DNA from: Bdellovibrionota bacterium
GTDB taxonomy: Bacteria > Bdellovibrionota_G > JALEGL01 > DATDPG01
Length of the DNA stretch: 64,000 nt
NCBI GenBank assembly: GCA_963668355.1
Contig: OY764265.1
Span: 1,536,001 to 1,600,000 of the forward strand
Direction of reading: 5' to 3'
In this document: piece by piece, positions 1-8,823 of the stretch
Numbering within the stretch: position 1 is the first letter of the stretch
How the letters are laid out: each line of letters opens with the position of its first letter
Program-made: the position numbers and the translations under genes
Notes under the pieces: model-generated
Database searches by the model: none
What the model was told of the DNA's origin: nothing
The model's input: the letters and a program-made list of their open reading frames with translations, nothing else

Positions 1-755
1 GGAGTTCGAAATGATTGGGCTCCTTGAATGCCTCCATATCGCGCCGTGGGACTCGTCATTTGAAGCATTCCATGAATTCCACGCTTTTGAATGAGGTCCG
101 CAATGAAAGCCAATTCGTGGACACACTCTAAGTAAGCCACCTCAGGGCGAATTCCCTCGTTCGTGAGGGTTTGAAATGTTTCGGCAATCAGGGCCGGGAG
201 CCCTCCACAAAGCAAGGCTTGCTCGGAGAAAAGGTCAGACTCCACTTCCTCCGCTGCAGTGGCTTCGTACGTCCCCACTCTGTCACAACCAAGTCCTTGA
301 GCAACTTTCTTGGCTGTTTTCCACGCGTGTCCGGAAACATCTTGAGTCACAGCCAACACGGCCGGGACACCACTGTTTTGCACATATTTTTCTCGAACAG
401 CTGCCCCAATTCCTTTTGGCGCGACGAGAATGAGGTCAAGGCTCTTGGGCCAAGGAGCGGTTTTGAAATGGAGCGTATAACCATGTGCAAAGACCAGACT
501 TTGGTGGGGCACTAGATACGTTTCATTCTGTTTCAAAAAAACCGGCATGGCATCGTCTGGGATGAGCAAGGCCAGTGTGTTGAAACGTCCAAGTTCGTTG
601 AGGGGAGCCACAGGAAAACCATCGTCAATGGCGTTTTGTTTTTGTGTGCTCTCCGAACGGGCCAGAATGGTGACGCACCACCCCTCATCACGCAGATTGG
701 CCGCCCAAGATTTCCCCTGGTTGCCATATCCGACTATGCCGATGGTATGCGTCAT
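1..755 (-). CDS. ilvC: Ketol-acid reductoisomerase, 3' end beyond window; absent from ORF track
   Basis: Manual translation from ATG at 755: MTHTIGIVGYGNQGKSWAANLRDEG...VFAHG...VAPKG...SDLFSEQALLCGG...AYLECVHEL...SPTARYGG. These are class I KARI motifs; frame is open to base 1. Confidence 0.93.
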   Translation of the reverse strand, partial: MTHTIGIVGYGNQGKSWAANLRDEGWCVTILARSESTQKQNAIDDGFPVAPLNELGRFNTLALLIPDDAMPVFLKQNETYLVPHQSLVFAHGYTLHFKTAPWPKSLDLILVAPKGIGAAVREKYVQNSGVPAVLAVTQDVSGHAWKTAKKVAQGLGCDRVGTYEATAAEEVESDLFSEQALLCGGLPALIAETFQTLTNEGIRPEVAYLECVHELAFIADLIQKRGIHGMLQMTSPTARYGGIQGAQSFRT

Positions 756-811
756 GACGCGGTTTTGGCCTCATATCAGACGGATATTCGAGGTTCAAGG
801 CGAGTTCGATA

Positions 812-820
812 TGTTAAAAT
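812..820 (+). promoter_or_regulatory. Extended -10 (TGtTAAAAT)
   Basis: Lies 7 nt before GTG 828; no SD. Confidence 0.55.
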
Positions 821-827
821 TGACCGC

Positions 828-1250
828 GTGACCGGACTTTTGGCCATCGTCATCGGGGTCTTATTTATAGGTGTGATCGTGGTGTTGTTCATGCGAGAAG
901 TGAGCCTCTATCGCAAAGATCAGAGAGATCCCACGGAGATCGTTCGATACTCCAGAAAGCGTCTATATTTTCGAATGGGGATCTCTTCCTGTTTGGCTTT
1001 TGAGGTTTTTCTTCTTTTTCTCCTTCCTTCCATTTTGCGGAGGTTTGGCTCTCACATTCTGAAAGGGAGTGCGTCGGGTTGGTTTGTGGTCTATGTCAGC
1101 ATGGTGCTTGCTCTTGCCATGGGTTTGGCGGTTTTGGCCTTTCTGGATTTGAAGGAATCCACCGCCCAACTCAAAAAAGGGGAGAGGCAGCTCTTGAGCG
1201 AACTCATTCAAGAGGTGAAACGGGGAAAAGAGCCCCCCGAGCTGCATTGA
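828..1250 (+). CDS. Hypothetical membrane protein, about 3 TM segments
   Basis: ORF 636..1250 overlaps ilvC upstream, so the in-frame GTG at 828 is preferred; hydrophobic segments follow. Confidence 0.7.
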   Translation: MTGLLAIVIGVLFIGVIVVLFMREVSLYRKDQRDPTEIVRYSRKRLYFRMGISSCLAFEVFLLFLLPSILRRFGSHILKGSASGWFVVYVSMVLALAMGLAVLAFLDLKESTAQLKKGERQLLSELIQEVKRGKEPPELH

Positions 1251-1299
1251 CGGAGTTTTTTCCCGGCCCCAAGGGGGGGTAGGCTGGGAGGGACGTTTT

Positions 1300-1315
1300 T
1301 GGCATTATTGCTGCA
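1300..1315 (+). promoter_or_regulatory. sigma54 -24/-12 promoter
   Basis: TGGCATTATTGCTGCA fits GG-N10-GC, 26 nt before ATG 1342. Confidence 0.6.
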
Positions 1316-1341
1316 GTATTTTAATATAGACGGATAGAAAA

Positions 1342-2001
1342 ATGCTAAGTGCCCGATATTACATAATTTTGATTGCCTTTTTCGTGCTCTCTGCGACGGC
1401 AAATGCGCAGTCTGAATTTGTTGTTCCGCCGGAAGGAGCGGTTTCTCCCATGGAGAACCAGGCGACCACGCCGCGCGCTTGGGGCACGCCTGCGCCTCCT
1501 CCCGGATTTGCCCCCATTCCCTCAACGCCTCCCAGCCAGGCAGCTCCCAACGGCGATAGTCCATCGCCGAACTATGACGATTCCTACTTTGTTCCGGTGC
1601 AGCCCTCTCGGGGATTTGATCAATTTCGAGACGAAGAGGATCCTTATACGGGATTCGGACGATCGTATTCTCGGAAGCCGAGAGAAGTGAAAGATAGTTT
1701 TAAATTTGTCGAACCCGCTCAAACGGCTGAAAAAAAATGTTCCAAATGGCGAAACGAACTGAATGGACCAAAGACCTTTTCGTCCAAGAATCGATGTCAG
1801 TTTGAGTTGGAAAGACAGGTGGACAATGGAATGGCGGAGATTGCCTCTGTGGTGGACCAGATTGAGCTTTTCAAACTCAAGAAAGTGATTCGTGGCGAGA
1901 TATCCAGTCGAGAAGAAGCCAAGAAATACTCCATTGGCTTTGATTCTCTGGCCAATAGTTTGAAAAGTGCAGCCAAAAAAGGCTGTACTTGCGCGGATTA
2001 A
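1342..2001 (+). CDS. Hypothetical exported protein, Pro-rich N-terminus and Cys-containing C-terminal domain
   Basis: Signal peptide ending ANA; Pro/Ser-rich linker; four Cys. Confidence 0.8.
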   Translation: MLSARYYIILIAFFVLSATANAQSEFVVPPEGAVSPMENQATTPRAWGTPAPPPGFAPIPSTPPSQAAPNGDSPSPNYDDSYFVPVQPSRGFDQFRDEEDPYTGFGRSYSRKPREVKDSFKFVEPAQTAEKKCSKWRNELNGPKTFSSKNRCQFELERQVDNGMAEIASVVDQIELFKLKKVIRGEISSREEAKKYSIGFDSLANSLKSAAKKGCTCAD

Positions 2002-2110
2002 CCCCGACCTTCAAAGCCTCACTTTTCTCTTCCCATTCTTTCAACTCTTCGCGCTTTCCTTTATAACGAGTAGATCATTGCCACGAAGATCATGAGGAAC
2101 CGGAGGAATC

Positions 2111-2665
2111 ATGGCGCTAAAATCAGATAAATGGATACGAGAGATGGCTGAAAAACACCAACTCATTGAACCCTTTGCGGATCAACGGGTTCGCAAAGGC
2201 GTCATTTCATACGGATTATCCAGCTATGGATACGATATGCGCTTGGCAGATGAGTTTAAAGTGTTGAACCGGGCCTCGAACAAGATGATCGATCCGAAAA
2301 ACTTCGATGAAGAATGTTTTGAGGTGGTTTGGGGAAAGGAATGCGTTATTCCTCCCAATTCTATGGTTTTGGCTCGCAGTTTGGAGCGATTTAAAATTCC
2401 TCGGGACATCCTGGCCGTTTGTTTTGGTAAATCGACGTATGCACGATGTGGCGTGATTGTGAATGTCACTCCGTTTGAACCTGAATGGGAAGGGTATGTG
2501 ACGATGGAAATTTCCAACACGTCCATTCTGCCGGCCAAAATTTATGCTGAAGAGGGGATTGCGCAGGTCTTGTTTTTTAAAGCCGATGAACCCTGTGAAA
2601 CCTCATACGCGGATAAAAAGGGAAAGTATCAAGATCAGAAGGCGATCACAGGGGCACGGGTTTAA
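2111..2665 (+). CDS. dcd: dCTP deaminase
   Basis: [29 protein letters not shown] motifs; GGAGG SD. Confidence 0.97.
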   Translation: MALKSDKWIREMAEKHQLIEPFADQRVRKGVISYGLSSYGYDMRLADEFKVLNRASNKMIDPKNFDEECFEVVWGKECVIPPNSMVLARSLERFKIPRDILAVCFGKSTYARCGVIVNVTPFEPEWEGYVTMEISNTSILPAKIYAEEGIAQVLFFKADEPCETSYADKKGKYQDQKAITGARV

Positions 2666-2668
2666 ACC

Positions 2669-2824
2669 ATGGTCGATCTATTAAAAGATGTGTTTTTCAT
2701 GCCTTTGTTTCCACACCTGTATGCGATTCCGCTTTCCGTTATCTTGGGTGTTGCGGTGGGGTATTACATGAGAGGTCGATTGGAAATGACACCGGAAATC
2801 AAGCCTAAGCGACCGGAAGTGTGA
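2669..2824 (+). CDS. Small single-pass membrane protein (51 aa), below ORF-track cutoff
   Basis: MVDLLKDVFFMPLFPHLYAIPLSVILGVAVGYYMRGRLEMTPEIKPKRPEV; fills the dcd-rhomboid gap exactly. Confidence 0.75.
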   Translation: MVDLLKDVFFMPLFPHLYAIPLSVILGVAVGYYMRGRLEMTPEIKPKRPEV

Positions 2825-3565
2825 ATGCAAAACCAGGGACAAAGAATCCGTTTAAGTTTTGGGGGTTCATTGACGTCGACTATTCGAACATTACTTTGGA
2901 TCAATGGTCTGACGTTTGTCTTTTATAGTTTGGCCTCTCCTGAAGTTCAGGGACAAGTGTTTGCGCTCTTGGGACTCGTTCCGGGTGCGGTCACAGGAGA
3001 GTGGGCCCTATGGCAACCCATCACCTACTTATTCTTGCATGGGAATTTTTGGCATTTACTCTTCAATATGCTGGGGCTCTGGTGGTTCGGAACCGATCTT
3101 GAGCGTTTTTGGGGAGCCAAGCGATTTTTGCGATTTTATTTCTTTACGGGAGTGGGGGGCGCGTTAGCCGCCATCGCCATGGCTCCAGAGGCTTTTACGA
3201 TCACCGTTGGAGCTTCGGGAGCGATTTTTGGCGTTTTGGTTGGGTATGCCATCCTCTTTCCGAATCGAGAAATTTATCTCTATTTCGTGCTCCCGGTGAA
3301 AGCCAAGTATTTGGTGACCGGATTCTGTTTGATTACCGCGATATCTCTCTTAAGAGGACAGGGAGGGACGGTAAGTCATATTGCCCATTTTGGAGGCATT
3401 GTGTTCGCTCTTCTATGGTTTGGCTATCTGTACAGTGGTTTCAATGTGCGAAGCTATCTCAAAGGCCTCCAAAAAAATCGTAGACGTCGCAAATTTCGTG
3501 TGGTTCCCCCAAAAAAAGATGATGATGATCCTTTTGGAACTTACGACAATAAAACCATTCATTAA
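2825..3565 (+). CDS. Rhomboid family intramembrane serine protease
   Basis: HLLFNM, GASG (Ser) and HFGG (His) motifs; multiple TM segments. Confidence 0.95.
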   Translation: MQNQGQRIRLSFGGSLTSTIRTLLWINGLTFVFYSLASPEVQGQVFALLGLVPGAVTGEWALWQPITYLFLHGNFWHLLFNMLGLWWFGTDLERFWGAKRFLRFYFFTGVGGALAAIAMAPEAFTITVGASGAIFGVLVGYAILFPNREIYLYFVLPVKAKYLVTGFCLITAISLLRGQGGTVSHIAHFGGIVFALLWFGYLYSGFNVRSYLKGLQKNRRRRKFRVVPPKKDDDDPFGTYDNKTIH

Positions 3566-3568
3566 GTT

Positions 3569-4408
3569 GTGAAAAAACTGCCTCTTTACCTTCGATTCGT
3601 ACTTTGGATGCATCGAATCGTCGGTTCTCTTGGAAAGTTTATGGAAATGGTTCGAGATGAAGTGGCCTGGAGGTTGGTGCCTTTGGAACGTCGCCAAGAA
3701 GTGACCAACCTCTTGTATGAACGAACGATGGATTATTCTCCAGGGGGAGAGATCTTTAACCAAGGGCTTTTTGATTGGGAAACCAAGGGTCTGGACTCAT
3801 TTCTTCCCTCCGGGGGGAACCTATTGATTGGAGGTGCCGGAGGAGGGCGGGAAGTTTCAGCTCTCCTGGAACGCGGGTTTCGCATATGGGCATTTGAACC
3901 TTCCTTTACGTTGTTTGAACGGCTTGAGTCCTTGAAAAAGAAAAAAACGCATCTAAATGTCTGGCGAGAAAGTTATGAAGAGTTGGTTGAGCGTTTTCAA
4001 GAAGACCCCAAGGGATATCGACAGAAACATGAATTGGAAGAAGTGGACGGAATCCTTTTGGGTTGGGGGAGTTTTTCTCATGTTTCCTGCCCAAAAAAAC
4101 GCTTGGAGCTGTTGGTTTGCCTAAAGAACCTCGCACCGAACGCCCCGGTTTTTTTGAGTTTTTTATTGAGAGACTCTGCGTTGACGAGCCGATGGGAATT
4201 TTTTCGACCTTGGGTCCAAACCACCTGTCGGTGGCTTGGAGGGAAAGGCGAAAGGCGGGAGGGAGATGTGTTCTATTCGGGAAGTGGCTTTGTGCATCGG
4301 TTTTCCCGAGAGGAGTTGACCCGACAGGTTGAGGAAGCGGGTTACTCCCTTGGTGTGCTTAAGAAAACGCCCTATCCTCATGCGCTTTTGCTTCCGAAGA
4401 AAATGTAG
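3569..4408 (+). CDS. Putative class I SAM-dependent methyltransferase
   Basis: Gly-rich motif I LLIGGAGGGRE followed by acidic AFEPS. Confidence 0.65.
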   Translation: MKKLPLYLRFVLWMHRIVGSLGKFMEMVRDEVAWRLVPLERRQEVTNLLYERTMDYSPGGEIFNQGLFDWETKGLDSFLPSGGNLLIGGAGGGREVSALLERGFRIWAFEPSFTLFERLESLKKKKTHLNVWRESYEELVERFQEDPKGYRQKHELEEVDGILLGWGSFSHVSCPKKRLELLVCLKNLAPNAPVFLSFLLRDSALTSRWEFFRPWVQTTCRWLGGKGERREGDVFYSGSGFVHRFSREELTRQVEEAGYSLGVLKKTPYPHALLLPKKM

Positions 4409-4468
4409 CGGTTGGAGATTTTCTAGAAATTTTCATTTGAAAGCTTTTCCGTTATGTTCCGGCTTTCG

Positions 4469-7093
4469 ATGGCAAGCAGTGGAGCAGATACGCCGCTCAT
4501 GCGGCAATACAATGAAATTAAGTCTCAGCATCAAGATGCGATTCTGCTCTTTCGTTTGGGCGATTTTTACGAGATGTTTTTTGAGGATGCCAAGGTGGCT
4601 TCGAAGATTCTCGACATCGCCTTAACTTCTCGAGACAAAAAATCGAAAAATCCGGTGCCTTTATGTGGTGTTCCTCACCATGCCGTGACGGGCTACATCT
4701 CTAAATTACTAAACGAAGGGTGCAAGGTTGCCCTGTGTGAACAAATCGAAGATCCGAAAGATGCAAAAGGGATTGTGAAGCGAGAAGTGGTTCGCGTCAT
4801 TTCTCCGGGAATGCAAACTGACGCAGAAGGCTTGGAGGCCACGGAGACCAACTCCTTGGTGGCTTTGTTTGCCAAAAAGGATGAGTTTGGTCTGGCTTGG
4901 ATTGATGTGGCGGGAGGTTCTTTCTACATCGCGACATTTAAAGACCTCATCGCGGCCGAAGCGGAGTTGTGGAAGTTGTCTCCTCGTGAGGTTATTGTTC
5001 CCGAGGGCTTGGAGGGAAAAGCTTTTGAGCGGTGGATTCAGCTGTACTCTGTGACTCATTCGGGGTTGCGTGTCGAACGACTTGCGGATTGGGTTTATGA
5101 AAAAGCTCCGCAGAAATTGGCTGAACGATTTCAAGTGGGAACCCTGCATGGGTTTGGTTTGGAGAATAAAGGCGTGGGAGTTGCCGCGGCTTGGGGACTT
5201 CTTCACTACACTGAAGGCGTTAACCGTTCTCCTTTGCCTCACCTTTATCCGCCGGTGGCGCATGAGGTTGATCGCTTTTTGCAGCTCGATCCGGCCACGG
5301 AAAGCAGTCTTGAGATTTTTCGAAACCAAAACCTAAGCGAGTCCAACCACACGCTGTTTGATGCGCTCAATGAAACTGAAACTGCCATGGGGGCTCGTCA
5401 ATTGAAAGTTTGGCTTCGGTTTCCTTTGAGGGATGTGCAAGGAATATCCGAGCGCCTGGATGTGGTTGAAGAGTTGTTGGAAGGTGTGAGCTTACGAGAA
5501 AGTCTCCAAAAAGAGTTTGAGCATGTTTATGATTTGGAGCGCTTGATCGGGAGGGTTGCGGGGGCAAGAGCCAATGCACGCGATTTGGTCGCTTTAAGGT
5601 CCACGTTATGGCGCGCAGACCGTATTCATACGCTTCTGACTTCTGCAAAGGCCAAAAAACTCCAAGACCTTCGTCAGGATATCATTCCGGATGCCTCTTT
5701 ATTGAATCGACTTGAGAAAGCTTTGCTGGATGACCCGCCTTTTTCGACGCGAGAAGGGCGAATGATCCGTGAGGGCTTTTCCCCTGAGTTGGATTCTTTG
5801 CGCCAAGGTGCCCAAGGAAATAAGGGATGGATTGCTGAGCTTGAAAGGAAAGAGCGAGAGCGTACGGGGATTTCTTCACTCAAGGTTTCTTACAATCGAG
5901 TGTTTGGTTATTACATCGAAATCACAAAAAGTAATCTTTCCAAGGTTCCCGAAAACTATCATCGCAAACAAACCTTGGTTAATGCTGAAAGATTTGTAAC
6001 TCCTGAACTGAAGGAGCGTGAAAACTGGATTCTGAGTGCGGAAGAAAAAATTTATGCCTTGGAGCATGAACTTTTTGAAAAGCTGCGCTCTGAGGTCAGC
6101 CATCAAATGCGAGAAATTCAAGCCTTGGGAAAGGCGATGGCCGACTTGGATGTGTTTTGTTCCTTGGCTCGTGTGGCCGGACGCTCCAAATACTGTCGGC
6201 CCACACTCCATGATGGAGATGAACTTTCAATTCAAGGGGGACGTCATCCGGTCGTTGAGAAATACGCTCAGGATGAACCCTTCGTGCCCAATGATGTGAC
6301 GCTGGATCGGCAGAGCCAGCAACTCATCATTCTCACGGGGCCGAATATGGCCGGAAAATCGACCATCGTTCGTCAATTGGGATTGATTTGTTTGATGGCG
6401 CAAATCGGTTCTTTTGTTCCGGCAGATGAGGCCAGGATTGGTTTGGTCGACAGGATTTATACGCGAGTGGGGGCCTCGGATGATCTTGTGGGGGGAAGAT
6501 CTACGTTTATGGTCGAAATGAGTGAGACGGCCAATATTTTGCGAAGCGCGACCGATCGATCCTTGGTGTTGTTGGATGAAATCGGCCGAGGGACGAGTAC
6601 GTTTGATGGCTTGTCTTTGGCGTGGGCGGTGGCAGAGGACCTTCATGACCGGGTTCAGGCGCGGACCATTTTTGCGACGCATTATCATGAGATCACCGAT
6701 TTGGCGCGGACCAAGTCTCGTGTGAAAAACATGAACGTTATGGTGAAAGAATGGGACGGGAAGATTGTCTTTTTACACACGCTGGCCCAAGGCGCAGTCA
6801 ATCGAAGCTATGGGATTGAAGTGGCCAAACTTGCCGGTATTCCTTTTTCTGTGGTTGAGCGCGCCCGAGAAATCCTCAAAAATTTGGAGAAAAGTGAATT
6901 GGATGCCACAGGGGCTCCGGTTTTGGCCATGGAAGCCCAAAAAGCCCCCAAGAAAGATCAGTTGGAACTGTTTCGCCGAATGGGCGATGACATGCTTGAG
7001 GAACTGAATCGAACGGATTTGGATTGCCTCAGTCCCAGAGAAGCTCTGGATCTCCTATACGAGTGGAGAAACCGGTTCCGGAAAAAGACCTAG
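4469..7093 (+). CDS. mutS: DNA mismatch repair protein MutS
   Basis: TPLMRQY, GDFYEMF, TGPNMAGKST, STFMVEM, DEIGRGT; start 4454 or 4469. Confidence 0.98.
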   Translation: MASSGADTPLMRQYNEIKSQHQDAILLFRLGDFYEMFFEDAKVASKILDIALTSRDKKSKNPVPLCGVPHHAVTGYISKLLNEGCKVALCEQIEDPKDAKGIVKREVVRVISPGMQTDAEGLEATETNSLVALFAKKDEFGLAWIDVAGGSFYIATFKDLIAAEAELWKLSPREVIVPEGLEGKAFERWIQLYSVTHSGLRVERLADWVYEKAPQKLAERFQVGTLHGFGLENKGVGVAAAWGLLHYTEGVNRSPLPHLYPPVAHEVDRFLQLDPATESSLEIFRNQNLSESNHTLFDALNETETAMGARQLKVWLRFPLRDVQGISERLDVVEELLEGVSLRESLQKEFEHVYDLERLIGRVAGARANARDLVALRSTLWRADRIHTLLTSAKAKKLQDLRQDIIPDASLLNRLEKALLDDPPFSTREGRMIREGFSPELDSLRQGAQGNKGWIAELERKERERTGISSLKVSYNRVFGYYIEITKSNLSKVPENYHRKQTLVNAERFVTPELKERENWILSAEEKIYALEHELFEKLRSEVSHQMREIQALGKAMADLDVFCSLARVAGRSKYCRPTLHDGDELSIQGGRHPVVEKYAQDEPFVPNDVTLDRQSQQLIILTGPNMAGKSTIVRQLGLICLMAQIGSFVPADEARIGLVDRIYTRVGASDDLVGGRSTFMVEMSETANILRSATDRSLVLLDEIGRGTSTFDGLSLAWAVAEDLHDRVQARTIFATHYHEITDLARTKSRVKNMNVMVKEWDGKIVFLHTLAQGAVNRSYGIEVAKLAGIPFSVVERAREILKNLEKSELDATGAPVLAMEAQKAPKKDQLELFRRMGDDMLEELNRTDLDCLSPREALDLLYEWRNRFRKKT

Positions 7094-7135
7094 TCGGACA
7101 TTTTTTTGCCTTCGGTAAAAAATTGAAGGTGATTC

Positions 7136-7144
7136 TGCTATAAT
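7136..7144 (+). promoter_or_regulatory. Extended -10 (TGcTATAAT)
   Basis: Consensus extended -10, 11 nt before ATG 7156. Confidence 0.7.
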
Positions 7145-7155
7145 TTGCGACATTC

Positions 7156-8823
7156 ATGAAGCTTTGGTTCGCACTCGCGGTGTCCTTTTCAATCTTCGTC
7201 AGTTCATCTGCTTTTGCAGATGCTGGGGATCGTTTATACGAAAGGGCTCGAGCTCAATATCTTTCTGGCAGAAATACCGCCTCAGCGGTGGCAAAGAGAA
7301 GGGCATATTTTTTCTCTGCCAGTGAACTTCGGAAATTTGTCCATGCGTTTGAAGGACATGAAAAAATCCCAAATGCTTATTTCAATCTGGGATCGATTTA
7401 CCGGGACTTACGGGAATTGACGAAAAATCGTGAAGATGTTCAAAAATCGATCCAATATTTTCGACAGGTGGTGGCCACAGGTCCGAAAAGCAGCTTGGCG
7501 GACGATGCATTGTTTGAAGTGGCGGCGCTGTGTGACGAATATTTAAAGGATCAAAAATGTGTCCAGCAAGCAAGAAACCGTATTCGGACCGAATATCCTG
7601 ATGGAGATATGTTTCAGAAACTTCCCGGCGAGACACCCTCGAAGAGTCTCCCGGTGGCAGATTCCGGTCCGGCGAAAGTCACCGGCCTGAAACTTCAGAA
7701 CCCAGGTGGCGAGACCTCTCTTCGCGTAACTCTTTCAGTTTCTAAGCCATTTTCTCAAAATCATTTGGCGGCCAATCAAGAATACAAACTTCCAGCCCGG
7801 TTTTATCTCGATATTCCCGACTCCAAGCTCGAGGCAAATGCAGACTCGGTGGATCTTCCCTCGGGACTTCCTTTTTCTCGGGTTCGATTTGGGCAAAATA
7901 CGAAGAATGTTGTCCGGGTTGTTTTCGACTTGAACCAAGGGACCAACCCCGAGGATATTCACGCTCAGGCTGTGCCGGGTGGAATTGAGGTTGGGGTTGT
8001 TTCGGAAGGACAAAAAAAAGCGACGGCCTCTACGATTCCAAAGCCGCTATCTCTTCCCATTCCTGTCGTTCCCCCTGCGCCCAAGACGAATAAACGAGTC
8101 ATCATTGTGGACGCGGGTCATGGAGGCGAAGACCCTGGAGCCATTGGTCGCAGGGGGACGAAGGAGAAAGATATTTGTCTCGCCATTGCGAAGCGTGTGA
8201 GTCGAAAGCTTAAGGCGAAATCGAAATACGAAGTGCACATGACTCGCACGGATGATCGTTTCATTGAGTTGATTGACCGAACGCGTTTGGCCAACAAGTG
8301 GGCGGGGGATCTATTTGTATCCATCCATGCCAATGCAAGTCCTCGTAGATCTGCGCGAGGAATTTCTACCTACTTTCTGGATAACGCAGACGACGCAGAG
8401 TCGTTGCGAGTAGCGGAGCGAGAAAACGGCGTGATTCGAAAGGTGTCTCAGGCAAAAGGTACGCGCTCGGATGAATATATGCTGGAAATCACCAAGGCTT
8501 CCATGGCTAAAACGTTTCATACAACACAATCTTCGGTTTTGGCTGCCAAGGTTCAGTCCGCCATGATGAAGAAGGTTTCGAAAAAGTATTCAAGAGTACA
8601 TGACGTGGGGGTAAGAAGTGCTCAGTTTTTTGTGTTAACGGGGGCGGAGATGCCAGCGATTTTGGTTGAAACGTCGTTCATCTCCAATCGAGAAGAAGAA
8701 AAAAGATTAAAGAATTCTCGATACCAGGATCTCTTGGCTGAGGCGATCATTCATGGAATTGAAGCCTACTTTGAAAGCCCGCAGGGAAAAGGCGATCACG
8801 CAGCCTTGTATCAATTAAAATAA
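7156..8823 (+). CDS. N-acetylmuramoyl-L-alanine amidase (TPR-like + AMIN + Amidase_3), AmiC-like
   Basis: Signal peptide; VRFGQ..VVRVVFDL (AMIN); DAGHGG, SIHAN, LVE zinc and catalytic motifs. Confidence 0.93.
   Translation: MKLWFALAVSFSIFVSSSAFADAGDRLYERARAQYLSGRNTASAVAKRRAYFFSASELRKFVHAFEGHEKIPNAYFNLGSIYRDLRELTKNREDVQKSIQYFRQVVATGPKSSLADDALFEVAALCDEYLKDQKCVQQARNRIRTEYPDGDMFQKLPGETPSKSLPVADSGPAKVTGLKLQNPGGETSLRVTLSVSKPFSQNHLAANQEYKLPARFYLDIPDSKLEANADSVDLPSGLPFSRVRFGQNTKNVVRVVFDLNQGTNPEDIHAQAVPGGIEVGVVSEGQKKATASTIPKPLSLPIPVVPPAPKTNKRVIIVDAGHGGEDPGAIGRRGTKEKDICLAIAKRVSRKLKAKSKYEVHMTRTDDRFIELIDRTRLANKWAGDLFVSIHANASPRRSARGISTYFLDNADDAESLRVAERENGVIRKVSQAKGTRSDEYMLEITKASMAKTFHTTQSSVLAAKVQSAMMKKVSKKYSRVHDVGVRSAQFFVLTGAEMPAILVETSFISNREEEKRLKNSRYQDLLAEAIIHGIEAYFESPQGKGDHAALYQLK

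Noticed and set aside
171..831. ORF-track ORFs 171..515, 176..433, 533..727, 547..831 and the 636 start
   Set aside because: Shadows of the ilvC frame on the minus strand
4437..7144. TTGAA-like box 10 nt before the -10 at both mutS and the amidase
   Set aside because: Only two cases in AT-rich DNA, and spacing fits no sigma factor I can name; likely chance
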